From contig NZ_DASSWQ010000014.1 of NCBI RefSeq assembly GCF_035704835.1, positions 5,613 to 69,612 of the forward strand: DNA of 64,000 bases, written 5' to 3'. Positions 59,911 to 64,000 of this stretch are shown piece by piece. A program made the translations under genes and the position numbers. How positions within the stretch are numbered: the stretch's first letter is position 1; the number at the start of each line of letters is the position of its first letter. The DNA is from Marivirga sp. Lineage in GTDB: Bacteria; Bacteroidota; Bacteroidia; Cytophagales; Cyclobacteriaceae. Under the pieces are notes generated by a model, which had not been told where the DNA came from, made no database searches, and worked only from the letters and a program-made list of their open reading frames with translations.

Positions 59911-62900
59911 CGGATAGTTTTTCTAAATTTTCACACGTTTTTTCATACTCTAAATCAGCTCCCACATAGGTTGCCCATTCGTTTTTAGTCATATTTCGGT
60001 CTAATTCATCACAAAGCAAGCCACCCATTTTATCAATTGAATAAGGCCAAATATGAACTTTCCCATCCTCTGAAGCGGAGAAAATCCATTCACCAGAAGT
60101 ACTAAAATCGGTTGACCAAACCCAGTCTCCATGGTCGGATAACACGATTGGTGCCTGTATGATTTGAGATAAATTCCATATCCTTACAGACCTATCTTTA
60201 CTTGCTGTAAGCATTGTTGCCCCATTATCGCTGATCTTGATATCATCTATTCCTCCATTGTGCCCTGTCAAAGAATTAGGATTGGTAAAATCGTTGTCTG
60301 TAAATAATTTTACTTCTCCATTAATATTACCCAAGGCTAGAAAGTTAAACTTTGAAGTGATGGCACTAAGTGCGACTTTACTTCGATAGATTACAGTATC
60401 ATTTTCTCCAGAATCATCTATCCTTATCAGTTCTCCACTATCTGCCGCTAACCAGATTACATTTCTATTTTCATCAATTGTAAAATCATTAATTTTGACG
60501 TCTGATTGATATATTTTTTTGGATTGATTTGCTTCAATAGTTTTGATTGATTTACCACCGTCATCCAAAACCCATAGCTTATTATCAGCCCATTTCATTT
60601 TTACAAATGTTCCACTAACCCCTTCTATTGCTGTTGGTTGCGGATTTCTATTTTCTAAATCATAACGTTCTATAATGGATTTACCGGCACTAGTGATAAA
60701 TTGACCTGCAGCATAAATTTGATTCTTCTCTTTATCAAAAATCATAGATTTTACCACTCTTCTATCTCTTGTAGGAGCAATTGTATCTGCCACCCATTGA
60801 TTATTAACTCTATTCCATTTTAAAATACTGCCTTTGGATCCAGCTGAGAAGAACTCATTGTCTGAACTTCCACTCATTACTACTTTAGCCGATTTATCAT
60901 GAGCATTTAATTTCTGAGTTAATGGATGTTCAAATTCTTTTAAGGCAAAATACAAGCCTTCATAAATTTCAGGATCGTATTCGTAGCTATTATATCGCTC
61001 ATCAAATTCAAAAGCTTGTTGCGCCAATAGACCTTTTAGCTGCGGATCATTTATTTGAGTTGATTTCACCGCCATGGCATTCGCAATGGCCAGATATCTC
61101 AATTGGTCGGCTCTAGCTTTTTGTTGTTCTGCTCTGTCTCTTTCTAAATCCGCTTGTTGTTTTGCCTTGGTAGCTTTAATTGCCTCTTCACTTGCCACAC
61201 CCTCCGCTTTCACTGCTGCAATTCTACTTATTTCAGCCTGTTCAGCTGCTTGAATTGCTTTTTGTTCTTCTAATTCGGCTCTTCTTGCATTTTCTTCAGC
61301 CTCCTTTTGAGCTGCGATTGCACGTTTTTCTTGTTCAGTTGCAATATCTTTCTGCTGTTCAGCAACTAAAGTTTGCTGTTCGGCTTCTAGTCTTGCTTTT
61401 TCTGCTTCATTCTTTTGCTCTTCAGCCCTTGTCTGCTGAATAAATGCATAAATCAAAAATAAAATGGAGATGACTGTGGCTCCACTCATAATCAAAGTTG
61501 TTAATCTTGCAGTTCGCAATCTTCTCTTCTGCTGCAATTCTTTGGCTCTTTGCTCTATTTCATATTCTTCTGCAGAATGTTCTAAGAAGGAGATAGTCCG
61601 CTCATAGGCCGGATGATGGCGTTGTCCCCAAATTAATGTAGGATTATGTTTTTCTTTCCAGTTTAAAGCAAGTTGTAAATCTGGTGGACGCCACAAACTT
61701 GTTTTTCCTTGTTGAAACATATCAGCCGCTTCAGCCAGCCTTTTGTACATGGCCACGGCATCTGCTTCATCATTCACCCAGTTTTTTAGTCTGTTCCAAA
61801 TTCTCATAATGCTTTCATGAGAAATATCAATAATGGAATGACTGTGAATAGGAATACCGTATTGCGGAGTTAATAAGGACCGACTCGGATCGCGGAATTT
61901 TTCAATTACTTGAATAATTTGCTCCTCTGAAGTATCCGCGATAGCGGCTATTTCATTTAATTGAGTTGGTCTTCGAATTCCATAACTTCCGCCCCCTCTT
62001 TTTTCCGTAATGGCTTTAAATAAAAATTCACAAATTCTTTGCTGCTCATCATCTAGTTCTTCAAAAGCTTCATTAGCATGCATAGATAAAGCCTCCGCCA
62101 TGGTACCGATTGCCTCATAATGCTTAATATCTAATAACTCATTTTCAAAATCTTTAAAATTGCTCCAATAATCCCAAGTTCGCATAAGGGCATGCTGTAA
62201 AATGGGAAGCTGATCGGGATTATCTCCTAAGTCATTTAAAAGTTGTTGGGTTAATCTTGGAGCAATTTCAGCATTTCCAACAGCGACCGGTCCTGTGATA
62301 GCGCGCCTTTTCTGCTCACGCGTCATTTGCGGAATTAAATATTGGCTTTCATTGATTTGGCGAGTCAATTCTGGAAACTGAGAACATTCCCCAATAAAAT
62401 CTGAGCGCATGGTAATGGCCACATATATTGGCGCATCTGCATAATTAATAGCCTCCATCAGAAGATTAATGAAAGCTAGCGTTTCGTTTATGGTTTGAAT
62501 ATTGGAAGAATCTTTGAAACGAAATAACTCCTCAAATTGATCAACTAAAATGAGATAGTTTTTTTCCTCATCACCTTTAAATTGCATTATGGTTTCCACC
62601 AAACCAACAGAGGAACTTCTGAGAAGAGACGATATAATGGTTTTCCTGATTTGCTTGTCTTCATCTGACAGATGTTCATCTACCAAATCGGTTTTCAATA
62701 AGGCTTGCGCCAAATTATCAATTGGAGCTGCGCCTGGCCTAGTCACCACTACTTCCCATTCTGTTGATCGGCCGGTGAGAAATCCTCCATATAATATGGG
62801 TAAAACCCCACAGTAAATAAATGAAGATTTACCACTTCCAGATGGACCTATAACACCCACAAAGCGATGTTTCGATAACTTCAAAAGTACCTCATCGCTT

Positions 62901-63028
62901 TGACCTTCTCTGCCAAAAAATAAATGGCTTTCCTCAATTTTGAAAGGACGCAATCCTGGAAAAGGATTGTTTTTCTTCCCGTATTGAGTTTGAATAGGTT
63001 CTGTTATGGTGATTTTTTCCTCCTTCAT
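59897..63028 (-). CDS. nSTAND1-type P-loop NTPase with TM helix, long coiled coil and C-terminal WD40 propeller
   Basis: NPFPGLRPF..FFGRE, Walker A GPSGSGKSS, Walker B LVDQFEELF, GDNPDQLPILQHAL; TM at ~61440-61505; WD repeats (ASKDRSVRIW, SASEDGKVHIW). Confidence 0.92.
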   Translation of the reverse strand: MKEEKITITEPIQTQYGKKNNPFPGLRPFKIEESHLFFGREGQSDEVLLKLSKHRFVGVIGPSGSGKSSFIYCGVLPILYGGFLTGRSTEWEVVVTRPGAAPIDNLAQALLKTDLVDEHLSDEDKQIRKTIISSLLRSSSVGLVETIMQFKGDEEKNYLILVDQFEELFRFKDSSNIQTINETLAFINLLMEAINYADAPIYVAITMRSDFIGECSQFPELTRQINESQYLIPQMTREQKRRAITGPVAVGNAEIAPRLTQQLLNDLGDNPDQLPILQHALMRTWDYWSNFKDFENELLDIKHYEAIGTMAEALSMHANEAFEELDDEQQRICEFLFKAITEKRGGGSYGIRRPTQLNEIAAIADTSEEQIIQVIEKFRDPSRSLLTPQYGIPIHSHSIIDISHESIMRIWNRLKNWVNDEADAVAMYKRLAEAADMFQQGKTSLWRPPDLQLALNWKEKHNPTLIWGQRHHPAYERTISFLEHSAEEYEIEQRAKELQQKRRLRTARLTTLIMSGATVISILFLIYAFIQQTRAEEQKNEAEKARLEAEQQTLVAEQQKDIATEQEKRAIAAQKEAEENARRAELEEQKAIQAAEQAEISRIAAVKAEGVASEEAIKATKAKQQADLERDRAEQQKARADQLRYLAIANAMAVKSTQINDPQLKGLLAQQAFEFDERYNSYEYDPEIYEGLYFALKEFEHPLTQKLNAHDKSAKVVMSGSSDNEFFSAGSKGSILKWNRVNNQWVADTIAPTRDRRVVKSMIFDKEKNQIYAAGQFITSAGKSIIERYDLENRNPQPTAIEGVSGTFVKMKWADNKLWVLDDGGKSIKTIEANQSKKIYQSDVKINDFTIDENRNVIWLAADSGELIRIDDSGENDTVIYRSKVALSAITSKFNFLALGNINGEVKLFTDNDFTNPNSLTGHNGGIDDIKISDNGATMLTASKDRSVRIWNLSQIIQAPIVLSDHGDWVWSTDFSTSGEWIFSASEDGKVHIWPYSIDKMGGLLCDELDRNMTKNEWATYVGADLEYEKTCENLEKLSDAAN

Positions 63029-63029
63029 A

Positions 63030-63998
63030 TTAGCTTTCTCTTGCCACTTTTACTTGGCTATTTTCATAAGCCAGTTCAATAGTCTTAATAAAATTAATTA
63101 CATTTTTGGAATCTCCGCTAACATCAACTTCCACTTCATAACGGCTAAGGTATTCATTTTCAATACCTTTAGCCTTTTCGGATTTGAACAACTTTCCTAA
63201 AATGGGTTTAGAACGTCCGAAACCTGGCGCTTTTAATAAATCCAAAAGTTTCATGTAAACCCACTGATTATTTACCTTTTCCTGAAATACAATAGCCGCA
63301 TCCATTTGCTTCAGACAATCGATGTGCTTATTACGTAGCTCCATCAAATCTCCTTTATTTTCTAAAGTGAGAAGAGTTACATTTTGAGCTTGAATTTCGT
63401 CTACCAAAATGGAGGCTGCTTCTCGGTCTATTTCATCATAAATTAAGTAGATGTTCGCCCTCTCTTGGGACGCATCTAAATATAAATTTCTGAGCTTTTT
63501 ATTTAAGCCTTTTTCCATCAGTTCTTCCCAGAGTGTATTCTTAAAATCTTCTAGAGAAGTTTGTAATACTTCTGCTCCTCTAGAGGATTTATCATCTCTT
63601 TTAATATTGTGAATAAAAGATTTTTGCTTTTCGCTAGCATATTTTAGTGAGGGACTAATCCAAATCAACCTACTAAAATCTGAGGCGCTTGACTCTGAAT
63701 AATCAGCAGCCAAACTATTTTGAATATCCATAACTGAGCTTTCCGAATCTTTTGGAATTGCTCCATAAGATGCTCCTATCATATGCACAGAAAATTGACA
63801 CTTTTCTAAATCTGCTTGAATTGATTTCTTTAAGCCTGAAAAGCTTTGAGGTAGTAAGCTTTTAGGATACACATCATATCCATGTCTAATTAATTCTCTT
63901 TTGATAATATTTCTTGCACCTGATAAATCTTGACCCGTTTCTGCCAAATAAACAGTCTTTCTTCCATGTGATCGAGTATTTTTCTCTGTTTGATTCAT
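63030..63998 (-). CDS. Protein with tandem TIR/DUF4062-like Rossmann domains; may extend beyond the window edge
   Basis: KTVYLAET...SVHMIGASYG (domain 1); NIYLIYD...DAAIVF...QWVYMKL (domain 2). The upstream codon is cut by the window end, so the start is unverified. Confidence 0.65.
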   Translation of the reverse strand: MNQTEKNTRSHGRKTVYLAETGQDLSGARNIIKRELIRHGYDVYPKSLLPQSFSGLKKSIQADLEKCQFSVHMIGASYGAIPKDSESSVMDIQNSLAADYSESSASDFSRLIWISPSLKYASEKQKSFIHNIKRDDKSSRGAEVLQTSLEDFKNTLWEELMEKGLNKKLRNLYLDASQERANIYLIYDEIDREAASILVDEIQAQNVTLLTLENKGDLMELRNKHIDCLKQMDAAIVFQEKVNNQWVYMKLLDLLKAPGFGRSKPILGKLFKSEKAKGIENEYLSRYEVEVDVSGDSKNVINFIKTIELAYENSQVKVARES

Positions 63999-64000
63999 TT

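Overview
AT-rich Bacteroidota chromosome segment. TAnnTTTG promoter boxes, a T9SS C-terminal domain, a separate atpD-atpC pair and a type-B L31 support this; the gene content suggests a marine Cytophagales such as Marivirga (inference). Left to right: (1) a minus-strand surface-polysaccharide locus (tviB-like, pseB/C/F/G/I, GT52, wzx, two Wzy/WaaL-like proteins, truncated wecB). A CitE-MaoC-CitE-acyltransferase cassette sits where pseH is expected. (2) tRNA-His inside a dense patch of palindromic repeats, including a DUF559 nuclease gene bracketed by two 201-bp near-identical REPIN-like doublets. (3) Housekeeping genes (rpmE2, M1 peptidase, usp, iscS-like, glmM, comM/yifB, gmhA, msbA-like, atpDC) and a five-gene arsenic operon. 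(4) A tightly coupled minus-strand operon of at least 22 kb: TIR-like protein, membrane-anchored nSTAND1-coiled-coil-WD40 NTPase, TPR-beta-barrel OMP, propeller lipoprotein and a 5359-aa T9SS-secreted repeat protein. Best candidates for undescribed systems: the STAND/T9SS trans-envelope operon, the DUF559-REPIN-like element and the acyl-CoA cassette in the pseudaminate pathway. All family calls come from motif recognition by eye; no database search was run.
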